IMG/VR virus record: IMGVR_UViG_3300032282_001405
Span: 1 to 57,128 of that record
DNA from: a virus
Taxonomy: Duplodnaviria; Caudoviricetes
Length of the DNA: 57,128 bases
Strand: one strand, 5' to 3'
The position numbers and the translations under genes are program-made. Of the stretch, positions 35,039 through 43,422 are shown piece after piece (the stretch's first letter is position 1; each line of letters opens with the position of its first letter). The notes beneath the pieces are model-generated. The model was not told the DNA's origin. It worked only from the letters and a program-made list of their open reading frames with translations, and did not search any database.

Positions 35039-35202
35039 TAACTTCTCCAAATAAATAAATCGCAAATTACAGCTACTAAACCGATTACAAAAATAATGGC
35101 CATCAAAATTCCAAACTCGGATGGCTTCTTATGGAACGGCCCCTCGATCACTGGATTCTTTTCCACGTTACGTGGGAACACTTTGGTGGTTTGATTAAGC
35201 AT
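35038..35202 (-). CDS. Small membrane protein
   Basis: GGAGG RBS; MLNQTTKVFPR...C-terminal TM ending DLFIWRS. Confidence 0.6.
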   Translation of the reverse strand: MLNQTTKVFPRNVEKNPVIEGPFHKKPSEFGILMAIIFVIGLVAVICDLFIWRS

Positions 35203-35554
35203 GAGATTCCTCCTTTGCTTTGATGTTGCCAAGCGCAACCTGCTCTTTATACGCGAGTAGCACGTATTCGTCCATGGTGGTTTCAATGACTCTTTCAGTG
35301 CTCTCGTTGAGGTCACCGTAACGCATTACTTCACGCAAGCCGTACAGCTTGAACAGGTTTGCAAACTCGCGTGCGCGGTTCCACAGTCCATTGTTGTACA
35401 GGTCGTAGTACGCGTTCACAGCCTTGCGAAAACGCTCTAGGTGCATGTTCTTTGTGCGGCGGTAGGGTACAGCACCCACCATAGGAATAAGCGCCTGCAA
35501 AGCCTTAGATTCCTCGTTGTAGCGACCACGGTCGTCCCAGTATCGATTAGACAT
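35195..35554 (-). CDS. Hypothetical protein
   Basis: GAGG RBS; MSNRYW...YYDLYNNGL. Confidence 0.65.
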   Translation of the reverse strand: MSNRYWDDRGRYNEESKALQALIPMVGAVPYRRTKNMHLERFRKAVNAYYDLYNNGLWNRAREFANLFKLYGLREVMRYGDLNESTERVIETTMDEYVLLAYKEQVALGNIKAKEESHA

Positions 35555-35819
35555 ATTCAACCTCATAAAATTTAGAAATGATCTTGCCAAGCACATGCAT
35601 TGGCTCGGTGTCGCTAGAGCCGTACTCAGACATGCGATCCATGAATTTGTCGCAGGCGCGAACAGCTTCTCTGAAGTCCTCTGTTGTGTTGAGAACCTGA
35701 GCTACGTTTAGGTTCAAGAAGTTGGCGGCATTGCTACTGCCCTTCATGTTGGTATACAGATCCCAGTCTTCAGCAGTTAGCTCAAGCCTGATGTGTTTTG
35801 ATATGGTTACGTTTTTCAT
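35547..35819 (-). CDS. Hypothetical protein
   Basis: Packed ORF with GGAG RBS. Confidence 0.6.
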   Translation of the reverse strand: MKNVTISKHIRLELTAEDWDLYTNMKGSSNAANFLNLNVAQVLNTTEDFREAVRACDKFMDRMSEYGSSDTEPMHVLGKIISKFYEVEYV

Positions 35820-36077
35820 TTAATTCTCCCAAACGATTAAACAGCCTGCGTTTTCCCACTCGCAGTACAGGCCATGCTTTTTCATGATCTCTTCCAGCTT
35901 GGGGCTGGTGTTCTCGCCTTTCCAGCGGCCATCAGCGTAGGCGTAGTAGTCAGCCCACTTGTATGACTCTGGATCCTCAGCGCTGATCAGGAAGCGGCCT
36001 TCATAGTCGCTACGCTCAAACACTGGGCAACCCAGCTTCTTAAGTTCATTGAATGCTTTAATAAATGCGCGTTTCAT
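35820..36077 (-). CDS. Hypothetical protein
   Basis: AAGGAG RBS; FLISAE...WADYY...GLYCEWENAG. Confidence 0.65.
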   Translation of the reverse strand: MKRAFIKAFNELKKLGCPVFERSDYEGRFLISAEDPESYKWADYYAYADGRWKGENTSPKLEEIMKKHGLYCEWENAGCLIVWEN

Positions 36078-36086
36078 GTGTGCTCC

Positions 36087-36401
36087 TTATGCATTTGCCG
36101 CGGCTTCTACCATCATCATTGCCCACTCTGCCTGCTCGTCTTCCAGTATGGCGACAGCATTCAAAATATCCGCTTTAATGTCTTTGTAGTAGCTATAGCT
36201 TTGGAATGATGATTTCATTTTTGAAGCAATCTTGCGTCCAATTTGAGAATCAACATCTGCTCTAAATACCCAATTCTGAGATGGAGATTTTTTGTCTGAT
36301 CCCCATCCGTATTTGGTTACATGCAACAAGCCAACTGATTTGCCATCGACAAATACTTCTTTGTCACTTGATGCCCAAAATTTTTCAAACTTTACTTTCA
36401 T
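36087..36401 (-). CDS. Hypothetical protein
   Basis: AGGAG RBS. Confidence 0.6.
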   Translation of the reverse strand: MKVKFEKFWASSDKEVFVDGKSVGLLHVTKYGWGSDKKSPSQNWVFRADVDSQIGRKIASKMKSSFQSYSYYKDIKADILNAVAILEDEQAEWAMMMVEAAANA

Positions 36402-36413
36402 GATGTGCTCCTG

Positions 36414-36737
36414 TTAATAATCTTCGCCAGCACGGGCTGGTTGTGCGCCCAGAAACTGGGGGTTGAATGAAGCGTCATGTTTCCATGACATCTCTTTTTG
36501 CATTTGTTCCCACTCTTTTACAGTGATCATTTTTACGGCAACTTCGTCCCAGCGGCTAAAGTGGTTGAAAGCTTCGCCGGCTTGCTTAATAGTCATTGGC
36601 AAAGTTGGCTTCCACATTTTTAAAGCACCTGCATAGGTGTCCATGCGGATCACGATCCATTCTTTGCGTGCGTTGGGGTTAGGTCCTCTCCTAGAAGAGT
36701 TTCTAACCACCGTGCCGTCTGATGTTGAGTACGCCAT
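36414..36737 (-). CDS. Hypothetical protein
   Basis: AAGGAG RBS. Confidence 0.6.
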   Translation of the reverse strand: MAYSTSDGTVVRNSSRRGPNPNARKEWIVIRMDTYAGALKMWKPTLPMTIKQAGEAFNHFSRWDEVAVKMITVKEWEQMQKEMSWKHDASFNPQFLGAQPARAGEDY

Positions 36738-36748
36738 AGTGGTGCTCC

Positions 36749-37063
36749 TTATGCTGTTGGAGAAACTTTGATCACAGCGATAGACTCGCCGCGGAACTGC
36801 TCTGCTTGCTCGGCAGTGATACCGAAGTGAGCCAACAAGGCTTCCATGTCGATAGAACCTTTGCGGTTCTCGATGGTGACGCGTACACCGTACTTCTCAC
36901 CGCGGTGCTTGCCTTCGCCTAATGTGTTGGCGATGCTGTCTTTGAGAGACTTGGTAGTTACCGTCATCTCTTTGATCTGGCGATCTAACACAGCAAGTGT
37001 GTCGATGTCGTTGGTGATGGACTCGACTGTTGCGAGGGCTTGGATCTGTGCTACTACTGTCAT
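36749..37063 (-). CDS. Hypothetical protein
   Basis: First gene after a promoter cassette; AAGGA RBS. Confidence 0.65.
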   Translation of the reverse strand: MTVVAQIQALATVESITNDIDTLAVLDRQIKEMTVTTKSLKDSIANTLGEGKHRGEKYGVRVTIENRKGSIDMEALLAHFGITAEQAEQFRGESIAVIKVSPTA

Positions 37064-37182
37064 GATGATTTCCTTTAAGTTAAACCCGCTTTCTGTTGCG
37101 GTAAGGAATCATAACAAGAAATTAGGCTTTAGAACACCCTAAACAGACTATTTTCTAAGGAAAACCCTAATACGCCACCCTA
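37064..37182 (-). promoter_or_regulatory. Promoter-stem-loop-RBS cassette with three upstream TAGGG boxes
   Basis: AATTTCTTGTTATGAT, CCGC-loop-GCGG, GTTTA, AAGGA; CCCTA (plus strand) at 37137, 37165 and 37178. Confidence 0.6.
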
Positions 37183-37200
37183 GTTTTAATACTTGTGTTT

Positions 37201-37473
37201 TCAGTTTTGGTTTATGTACTCAATGACGTTCTCGATTGTTTTGTTCAAAGCGTCGATTTCGTCCATCTTTGCAATAGCCCATGCACGCTTCTCACCGTGC
37301 CAGCCCATCTTGCTACCCTGATGGCAGGATTTACAGAGGGCAACAACTGTGTATTGCCTGTGCTGTTTGACGTGGTGTGCGTCGCTTGGACCTTCCTGTT
37401 TGCACACTGAGCAAGGCATGAGCTTGACTAGCCCTACGTATGCCTTCTCTTTGTTTGACATGTTGTTATTCAT
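37201..37473 (-). CDS. HNH-like Zn-finger nuclease (Ref/DUF968-like)
   Basis: CSVC...DAHH...VALCKSCH...GWH. Confidence 0.7.
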   Translation of the reverse strand: MNNNMSNKEKAYVGLVKLMPCSVCKQEGPSDAHHVKQHRQYTVVALCKSCHQGSKMGWHGEKRAWAIAKMDEIDALNKTIENVIEYINQN

Positions 37474-37708
37474 CGTATTCCCACATGATGATTGGCGTAG
37501 ATGGTCCCATGTATGCGCCCTCGATGTTGAATGAGATCCACTCTATGGCCTCCTCATCTGTCATGCCTTCGTCCATGAATATTTCCATGAGCTTCTGGCC
37601 GCTGTAGATGAGGGTTTCAACACGTTGGTTTTTTTGCCATACAGAGGCAATGCCGGCAATAGCTTTATCGTACTTCTCGCCTGTGATTTTTAAGAGCTCG
37701 TCTTCCAT
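37466..37708 (-). CDS. Hypothetical protein
   Basis: DKAIAG...EEAIEWISFNIEGAYMGPSTP. Confidence 0.65.
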   Translation of the reverse strand: MEDELLKITGEKYDKAIAGIASVWQKNQRVETLIYSGQKLMEIFMDEGMTDEEAIEWISFNIEGAYMGPSTPIIMWEYDE

Positions 37709-38046
37709 TACGCCACCGACCTATCCATGAGTCGATTAGACGCCTCCAGAGAGCGCCAGACCTCTACACGAGCTTGTGCTGACACCAACCCCCAGCGAAA
37801 GCCTTCTGCGACCTGTACGGCCTCTTTGAGGGCTTGTAGGTGCTCTTCGTAGGCAACGTCAGCATAGGCTTCCATTTCGGCCGTAGCGGCTGATCTACAG
37901 CCATTGGCTAGCGCCTCCTTCATGAGCTTGGACTTGAGGGTCTTGCGGTACTCTTCCATGTAGGTCAGTTCAGCCTTTGCTTGGGCGTACTTTTGTCCAT
38001 GTGTGTAGATGTAATCGACTGCATCATTTATCTGTTTTTGGTTCAT
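37708..38046 (-). CDS. Hypothetical helical protein
   Basis: GGAG RBS before ATG 38046; YAQAKAEL...EVWRSLEASNR. Confidence 0.65.
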   Translation of the reverse strand: MNQKQINDAVDYIYTHGQKYAQAKAELTYMEEYRKTLKSKLMKEALANGCRSAATAEMEAYADVAYEEHLQALKEAVQVAEGFRWGLVSAQARVEVWRSLEASNRLMDRSVA

Positions 38047-38203
38047 ATCGTTCTCCAATAATTCTTAAATTTTCTAAGTGTCTGTGATAGCCAGCGATCT
38101 CGCCAGCTTCGTATCCAATGTCAAATGCATTGATTGCTAAGTTAACGGCGTTCTCTTCTACGCCTGCGCTTCTTAAAAGCGACACCAAGTCGTCTTTGGT
38201 CAT
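38024..38203 (-). CDS. Hypothetical protein (59 aa, not in ORF track)
   Basis: MTKDDLVSLLRSAGVEENAVNLAINAFDIGYEAG...; ATGA coupling to ruvC. Confidence 0.55.
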   Translation of the reverse strand: MTKDDLVSLLRSAGVEENAVNLAINAFDIGYEAGEIAGYHRHLENLRIIGERYEPKTDK

Positions 38204-38661
38204 AGTCCATACCTCGCTAATAAAGCCGCATCCGCCAGAGCTTGACCCTGACCCTTTTTATCCAACTCACGCCAGTGTGGCCACATTTGTATAGCCAACG
38301 ACCGAGCCGCATCTTTGTCTTTGTTTGTCAAGTGTGCGCGCATCTTCCACATCTGTGGAGTTACGTAGGTCACAGGTATCTCAAACGCACCTAGTACGCC
38401 TGCAATGACGCCACAGGAATGTCCAAAGCTAAACATGCTCGATACGCCTTGCTTGGGCATAGCGTGCACTTGCTCGACGTATGCGTGTATCTCTCGATAG
38501 CTCTGGCCATAGCCGCGAAGCAGTGCCGCCAAAGCAACTGCGTTTACGCGGTTCTGGGATCCAATCTTCATGGTGGGCATCAAAGCCCACTCCACTGGGG
38601 TGTTATCTTCCAGCACGACTATTGCGCCAGAGATCCCCGGGTCAATTCCTATGCGTCTCAT
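38200..38661 (-). CDS. ruvC: RuvC-like Holliday junction resolvase
   Basis: IGIDPG, YVEQV, SMFSFG, VTPQMWK, ADAALLA. Confidence 0.85.
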   Translation of the reverse strand: MRRIGIDPGISGAIVVLEDNTPVEWALMPTMKIGSQNRVNAVALAALLRGYGQSYREIHAYVEQVHAMPKQGVSSMFSFGHSCGVIAGVLGAFEIPVTYVTPQMWKMRAHLTNKDKDAARSLAIQMWPHWRELDKKGQGQALADAALLARYGL

Positions 38662-38942
38662 TTTTTTCCTTTAAGTTGTATCCAATCACACCTCTGCAAA
38701 ACAAACTTCAGCGCTGGCTGAGGCTTGCCCTTCTTATCAACAATTTTGGGACAAGTTCCACTTTTTGGATCAAAGCGCTTGCACTCAAAGCATAGGCGCC
38801 TGTCGTCCTGCGGATCTGCGTCACGATCAAAAAGTTTGTCCGCCAGCTTCCAAGCTTCATCTTGAGACAACCCAGCATCCATAAATGCTTGGGTACGCTT
38901 GTTGTGCTTGGCTGTAGCGACTTCAATCTCTTCTTCAGTCAC
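38658..38942 (-). CDS. Hypothetical Cys-containing protein
   Basis: DDRRLCFEC...C...LQRC. Confidence 0.6.
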   Translation of the reverse strand: MTEEEIEVATAKHNKRTQAFMDAGLSQDEAWKLADKLFDRDADPQDDRRLCFECKRFDPKSGTCPKIVDKKGKPQPALKFVLQRCDWIQLKGKK

Positions 38943-39169
38943 GCCTCAGCCCTAGCTTTAATCATTGCGTCAGCAACTTCATAAGCAAATTTTGCAAGTT
39001 CATCAGTTGGATATCTGATACCAGAGTTTTCTGACAACATGCCTTGCATAGCCTTGGCCGCAAAATAATCTTGAATCGTTATTCCCGTATGCGCAGGGTG
39101 AGCAATACTGTCGTCAAAAGCCTCACGGGTATCCAAACTGAATGGACGTGGAAAAGCTGGTGTAGCCAT
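38939..39169 (-). CDS. Hypothetical protein
   Basis: PAFP...DYFAAKAMQG...AYEVADAMIKAR pattern seen in small phage proteins. Confidence 0.7.
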   Translation of the reverse strand: MATPAFPRPFSLDTREAFDDSIAHPAHTGITIQDYFAAKAMQGMLSENSGIRYPTDELAKFAYEVADAMIKARAEA

Positions 39170-39235
39170 TTAATTTCTCCTTAAACCACAACATCGTGGT
39201 AATCACACTATAACAGTTTATTACTGTTTGTAAAC
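39170..39235 (-). promoter_or_regulatory. Promoter-stem-loop-RBS cassette with AACAG-N7-CTGTT inverted repeat
   Basis: AATAAACTGTTATAGT, ACCAC-loop-GTGGT, TTAAGGAG. Confidence 0.65.
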
Positions 39236-39603
39236 AAAAAAAGGGGTCACCCCCCCTGTACTCCTTATTACCTTATTAACCCTTTCTTAATTCCTGTTTG
39301 ACTGCTTTCTGGTGGACAGACTCAGCCCTCCCACAGGGGGCTAAGCCTTCACATGTTTCTGCTAACTGGAGCCACATGACCCGACAGCCGTTCGATGTTA
39401 GGGCGCTATCTTCGCCACCCATGCCTCTATCTCAACATCTATCCCGTAGTAGAGGTGTCCCTGTATCGCTACCGCCAGTGCGCGTCCGATACAGCGGTCG
39501 TCAAAATGCAAAAAGCCGTTACTACTGCACTGGGTCGTTCCCTCCTGTGAAGGAGGCCAATGCATGAGTAACGGCTTTCAACTGTTGTGAACGACTACAA
39601 CAG
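39236..39603 (-). ncRNA. Candidate structured non-coding RNA with a C4/CI-like 5' part
   Basis: Bounded by a TTGACA/TATAAT promoter and GGGG-TGA-CCCC-T7; dense inverted repeats; no credible ORF. Confidence 0.55.
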
Positions 39604-39608
39604 ATTGG

Positions 39609-39639
39609 ATTATAAACACTAACCCCCAACAGGTGTCAA
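39609..39639 (-). promoter_or_regulatory. sigma70-type promoter
   Basis: TTGACA-N19-TATAAT, both hexamers at consensus. Confidence 0.7.
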
Positions 39640-40494
39640 TACCTCTCTACGTAAATCCATAACTTTTTTTACAACTGCCATCAAACCGCACTTATCGTGC
39701 AGGTCGTTAGCGTCGTATCCCACCTCATCAGCCATCGTCCAAGGCAGGCCAGTCTCGATAGCCGCCTTCTCGCCAGTCTTGCTCTCGTCGTTGTCTGCAA
39801 AGATGTAGCGATCACCTTTTACTTGGTCGGCCACTTGGACCATGTTAGATGCTGAGAAGCAAACCACCACCGCGGCGTTAGAACCAGTGCTACGCAGGGC
39901 TTTATGCAAGGATAGACCTGTGGCATACCCTTCGACAAACCACGTCTCTGACGCCTCTTTAGAGCCCATGATGAGCACAGCGTTCTTAGCGCGCATACCG
40001 TGGAGCATCTTCTTCTCATACTTGCGGTTTGGCTCATCCCAGTAGATCTCCTGAAAGCCCTGTAGTTTGCCAGTTATCACGTTGCGCATAGGTATCAATA
40101 ACTTGCCGCCCATCACGTAGCCCTGCATGCCAGCAAACCCCTTGATCTCCAAGTAGGGATGCTCTTCCATCTTCGCTGTACGTAAAAGGATTTCCGCACG
40201 ATCTGCGGCCATGTCGTATGAACGGTTTCTGTCAGCACTCAACATCTGACGCTTTGCCGCCCAATCAGCCTTTTCCATTTCAGTCCATGGTTTGACGTTT
40301 GGATCTTCGTACCAAATCACTCTGGCTTCTTCCGCCCAGTTCATCACCCAACCACGCTTGCCGTCGTAAAAGAATGCGCCGTTAGTTGACTTAGGTTTGT
40401 CTACCGTCCCACAGCGGCGGATCCGCTCAGATGGGTACAGGTTGTTTTGGTCAATCTCTACGCCATGGGCGCGTGCAAAGTTAATAAAGCTCAT
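39619..40494 (-). CDS. TOPRIM-domain DNA primase
   Basis: HPYL..KG, LLIPMR, VEGYATG, FADND, DANDL. Confidence 0.85.
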   Translation of the reverse strand: MSFINFARAHGVEIDQNNLYPSERIRRCGTVDKPKSTNGAFFYDGKRGWVMNWAEEARVIWYEDPNVKPWTEMEKADWAAKRQMLSADRNRSYDMAADRAEILLRTAKMEEHPYLEIKGFAGMQGYVMGGKLLIPMRNVITGKLQGFQEIYWDEPNRKYEKKMLHGMRAKNAVLIMGSKEASETWFVEGYATGLSLHKALRSTGSNAAVVVCFSASNMVQVADQVKGDRYIFADNDESKTGEKAAIETGLPWTMADEVGYDANDLHDKCGLMAVVKKVMDLRREVLTPVGG

Positions 40495-42017
40495 TTGCTT
40501 ATCGCTTTCTTGTAAGCCATATTAAATTGTTTAATTTTGTTATGTACGTTGTTTGTAATTTCTACATTTGGCGCTGTGCTGAACTTCCATATCGGATCCT
40601 GACCCGTAATCTTTTTGTATAAGTGATACGCACGCCCTTGTTGGGTAGCGCTGGAACTGTGCTCCCTTGCGTACCTTACAACTTGATTCCAAAGGTGCTC
40701 AGCGTTATCGGCTAGTTTCTTTTTGTTCTTACCCTCACCAATAAAAATTTCCTGCATTTCGCCGGGCAACGCCATCTCCATTGCTTTCGCTGGCCTCTCA
40801 TACCCACACCCCATACAGCGCTTGTAAAAGGGTTTGTAGCCGCACTTGGGGCAACCCTTTGACTCTTCTATATCCTCATCTTTGCGGATCTTCTTATCAA
40901 GCTTCTCACCGTCGTCGAGCTTCTCCAGACCATTAAAAAACACGTCAGTAAAGTCTTCAGCGAAGCGAACAATGTTGCCACTGAAATCCAATAGGAAACA
41001 ATCCTTTTTGTTAGGATATGAGCGCAAGCCCCTGCCCCACATTTGGATGGCCGTAGACAACGACTTACGCAGGGGACGTGCATCGCATATACAACCCACG
41101 TCAGGCACGTCAAAACCCTTTGCAAGCGCCTCTACAGAAATCAAAACCCGTAGGTAACTATCTTCCTTGCGATACTCTTGTAACAGGTCTTCTCGCTCTT
41201 TGGCGTTGGTGTCTGAAGTAAAGACCGCGGCCATCACGCCTTGATCAATAAATTGTCTGGCTAACTCTTCGCAGTGCTTGATCGTTGCGCCAAACACAAT
41301 CGTCTTGCGGTTCTCAGCAAACTTCACCCACTCTTGGACAACGTCACCCACAATGCCCATCTCGCGCTCTTCAGCGGCCTTGTCTGTCCACTCACCGCCT
41401 GCGGTAGCCGCGCCTGTCATGTCGGGTTTTGTACAGGAGAAAATCCGCATAGGCACCAACACACCTGACTGGGTCAGATCGTGCATCGTGGTAGCGTTTA
41501 TGAGGTTTGTAAATATCTTTCCAAGACCATTGGAGAAGGGCGTAGCAGATAAGCCAATGATGGCCGCACCACTCTCCAATGCATAGTCAGTCCAGACCTT
41601 GTACTGCGTATGAGCTTCGTCTACCACCAGAACGTCCAACTGTGGCCAAAACTCCCGTTTAGCAATAGTCTGCGCCGACGCTATTTGCAACAGCATCTCT
41701 GGTTGCCGACGCCAATGGTTGGCTTGAATAATTCCGTGTTCTGTTAACCCGTAATCCTCTGCCACCGTAGAAGTTTGATTGATTAAAGTAGTACGGTCAC
41801 ACAGGAATACTGCACGCTTACCCTTTTGCATGGCTTCATTACAGATTCGTAATCCAAGGTAAGTCTTGCCAGCACCCGTGGGCGCCATGATCAATTGTCG
41901 TTTGTGGCCGTTTCTGAAACCCTGACGTAGGGCTTCATGCGCGGATAGTTGGAATGGTCGTGGTGTTGGAAAGGTTGTTCCATCATCACACCTACTTGGT
42001 GCTAGGACTGCATTCAT
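40491..42017 (-). CDS. Superfamily 2 DEAH-box helicase with Zn finger
   Basis: APTGAGKT, DEAH, GLSATP, GFDVPD, QMWGRGLR, CPKC/CMGC. Confidence 0.93.
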   Translation of the reverse strand: MNAVLAPSRCDDGTTFPTPRPFQLSAHEALRQGFRNGHKRQLIMAPTGAGKTYLGLRICNEAMQKGKRAVFLCDRTTLINQTSTVAEDYGLTEHGIIQANHWRRQPEMLLQIASAQTIAKREFWPQLDVLVVDEAHTQYKVWTDYALESGAAIIGLSATPFSNGLGKIFTNLINATTMHDLTQSGVLVPMRIFSCTKPDMTGAATAGGEWTDKAAEEREMGIVGDVVQEWVKFAENRKTIVFGATIKHCEELARQFIDQGVMAAVFTSDTNAKEREDLLQEYRKEDSYLRVLISVEALAKGFDVPDVGCICDARPLRKSLSTAIQMWGRGLRSYPNKKDCFLLDFSGNIVRFAEDFTDVFFNGLEKLDDGEKLDKKIRKDEDIEESKGCPKCGYKPFYKRCMGCGYERPAKAMEMALPGEMQEIFIGEGKNKKKLADNAEHLWNQVVRYAREHSSSATQQGRAYHLYKKITGQDPIWKFSTAPNVEITNNVHNKIKQFNMAYKKAISK

Positions 42018-42823
42018 TTTTGTGCTTTATAAAATTTATCGAGTTGTACTTGTTGCTTCTTGCAAAGCTTAATGCATTCGTTTTTCTCGCGCATGAGAGC
42101 CGCGTTACGGACTTCAAGTTGAACGTTTAAATATCTAAGTTTTTTGTTTTCCGCCCAGACTTCAGCCATCTTTTCGTCTGCGTCTAAAAAGTTAGCTACG
42201 GCCTGTAAATCTGCTTGTATAGACTTTTCGTTAGCCTCAAGCTCTTGGTCACTAGGTATGTTGCCGTCCAACATAGATGGCCTTGGCTCTGGTGGCTCAG
42301 TAATGGCTTTTCCTTGTTGTTCTTTGGGCAACTTGGCAATCTGGGCACCACGCTTAACGCTAATTGTGCCCTTGCGTACAGCATCAATAACCGCTTCACC
42401 ACCCTTGGTAAGAACTGCTTTAGCCTGCTCCATAGTTCTAGCGCTTACCTTAGCTTCTTCGGCTAATTCCTTGGTTGTTTTTAATTCCGCACCCGGTGCG
42501 GTATTAGAGGGTTTACCCACGGGTCGCCATAGTCGTATGGTGGCGTATGAAATTGCCTCCTGCCCCTTGGTTAGGTGCCTGCGATTACCGTTTAAGGCTC
42601 TCACAAAAGTAATTGGATCAATCCAATCATCAAGTTCAACCTCTGGGCATGGCATACCAAGCTCATTGGCAATGCTGTATCGATGCCAGCCATCAATCAC
42701 TTTGTCTTCAAAGATCACAATTGGCACCTGCACACCAATGTCTTCTATGCTGTCTCTCATCTCTTGCACTTTGTCTTCTGGTATGGGCGGAAATGCCTTA
42801 CTCAGTTCATGCTGTTCTCTCAT
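42014..42823 (-). CDS. ParB/Spo0J-like protein with HTH
   Basis: VPIVI..KVIDGWHRY, NGNRRHLT, ELAEEAKVSARTMEQAK. Confidence 0.8.
   Translation of the reverse strand: MREQHELSKAFPPIPEDKVQEMRDSIEDIGVQVPIVIFEDKVIDGWHRYSIANELGMPCPEVELDDWIDPITFVRALNGNRRHLTKGQEAISYATIRLWRPVGKPSNTAPGAELKTTKELAEEAKVSARTMEQAKAVLTKGGEAVIDAVRKGTISVKRGAQIAKLPKEQQGKAITEPPEPRPSMLDGNIPSDQELEANEKSIQADLQAVANFLDADEKMAEVWAENKKLRYLNVQLEVRNAALMREKNECIKLCKKQQVQLDKFYKAQK
42482..42506. promoter_or_regulatory. 25-bp palindrome, copy 2 (inside the ParB-like gene)
   Basis: TAATTCCGCACCCGGTGCGGTATTA. Confidence 0.65.
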
Positions 42824-42837
42824 TTTTTTTCTCCAGT

Positions 42838-42940
42838 AAAAAAGCCCTAGGCGAGACTCTCATTCTTGTGGAATGTTGGCGGACACCGAGTAGGTGCAGA
42901 GTCCCGTCTAGGGCTTACTCTAAAACGCCGCCAAGCGTTC
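42838..42940 (-). ncRNA. C4/CI-like structured leader RNA upstream of the replication operon
   Basis: 5' hairpin with TTGGCG loop; long stem AAGCCCTAG/CTAGGGCTT enclosing two hairpins and a CCGCCAA bulge; ends in T6. Confidence 0.6.
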
Positions 42941-42950
42941 AAAAACTATA

Positions 42951-43151
42951 TCACGAAAACAAATCTGGCCGCAATTCTTTTTTAGTTATTAAGCCTTGTG
43001 TTGCATCTTCAATCTTCACACACAGCAAAGGAGACGGACGCTTACGCCCCGTCATGATCAAGAAGAGCCACGTAGGTGTGATGCCAAGGTGCTCGGCCAT
43101 CTCCAGCTTTGCCCCCCTTGGCTCTGTAGAAAAGTATTCCGTCAGAGTCAT
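42951..43151 (-). CDS. Cro/YdaS-like HTH regulator
   Basis: EMAEHLGITPTWL...GRKRPS...IEDATQGLITKKELRPDLF. Confidence 0.8.
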   Translation of the reverse strand: MTLTEYFSTEPRGAKLEMAEHLGITPTWLFLIMTGRKRPSPLLCVKIEDATQGLITKKELRPDLFS

Positions 43152-43357
43152 GTTTATTTTTTCCTGTTTTCTGTACACGTCCTCATGGATATGTACACTT
43201 TTTGCCATTTTTTGAGCATATGGGTGTTGATAGCACGCCTCACATAAAGCAGTGTTCCGTACCCGCACAACACAAATTAGTAAAAGCACGGAAGGCGCTA
43301 ACCCTTTTACGTACTACCAACAAATGCATTCTACGATAACTACTTGTTAAAAAGCAA

Positions 43358-43422
43358 TTGACACCTCGCAATAATTTTGTGTTATAGTTGCCGTGCGGTA
43401 TGTACCGTTTAAGGAGTTTTAC
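43358..43422 (+). promoter_or_regulatory. Rightward promoter-stem-loop-RBS cassette
   Basis: TTGACA-N19-TATAGT with TG extension; CGGTA-TG-TACCG; TTTAAGGAG. Confidence 0.7.

Noticed and set aside
32438-36748. Recurrent GGAGCAC(A/C) before four early genes as a separate regulatory element
   Set aside because: Mostly explained by the Shine-Dalgarno core; too short to support more
39298-39567. 89-aa plus-strand ORF in the structured intergenic region
   Set aside because: TTG start without an RBS, against local transcription direction, and overlapping dense inverted repeats
42838-42916. Cloverleaf-like structure as a tRNA
   Set aside because: No T-loop TTC motif, D-loop or acceptor/CCA geometry; better fits a C4-like leader
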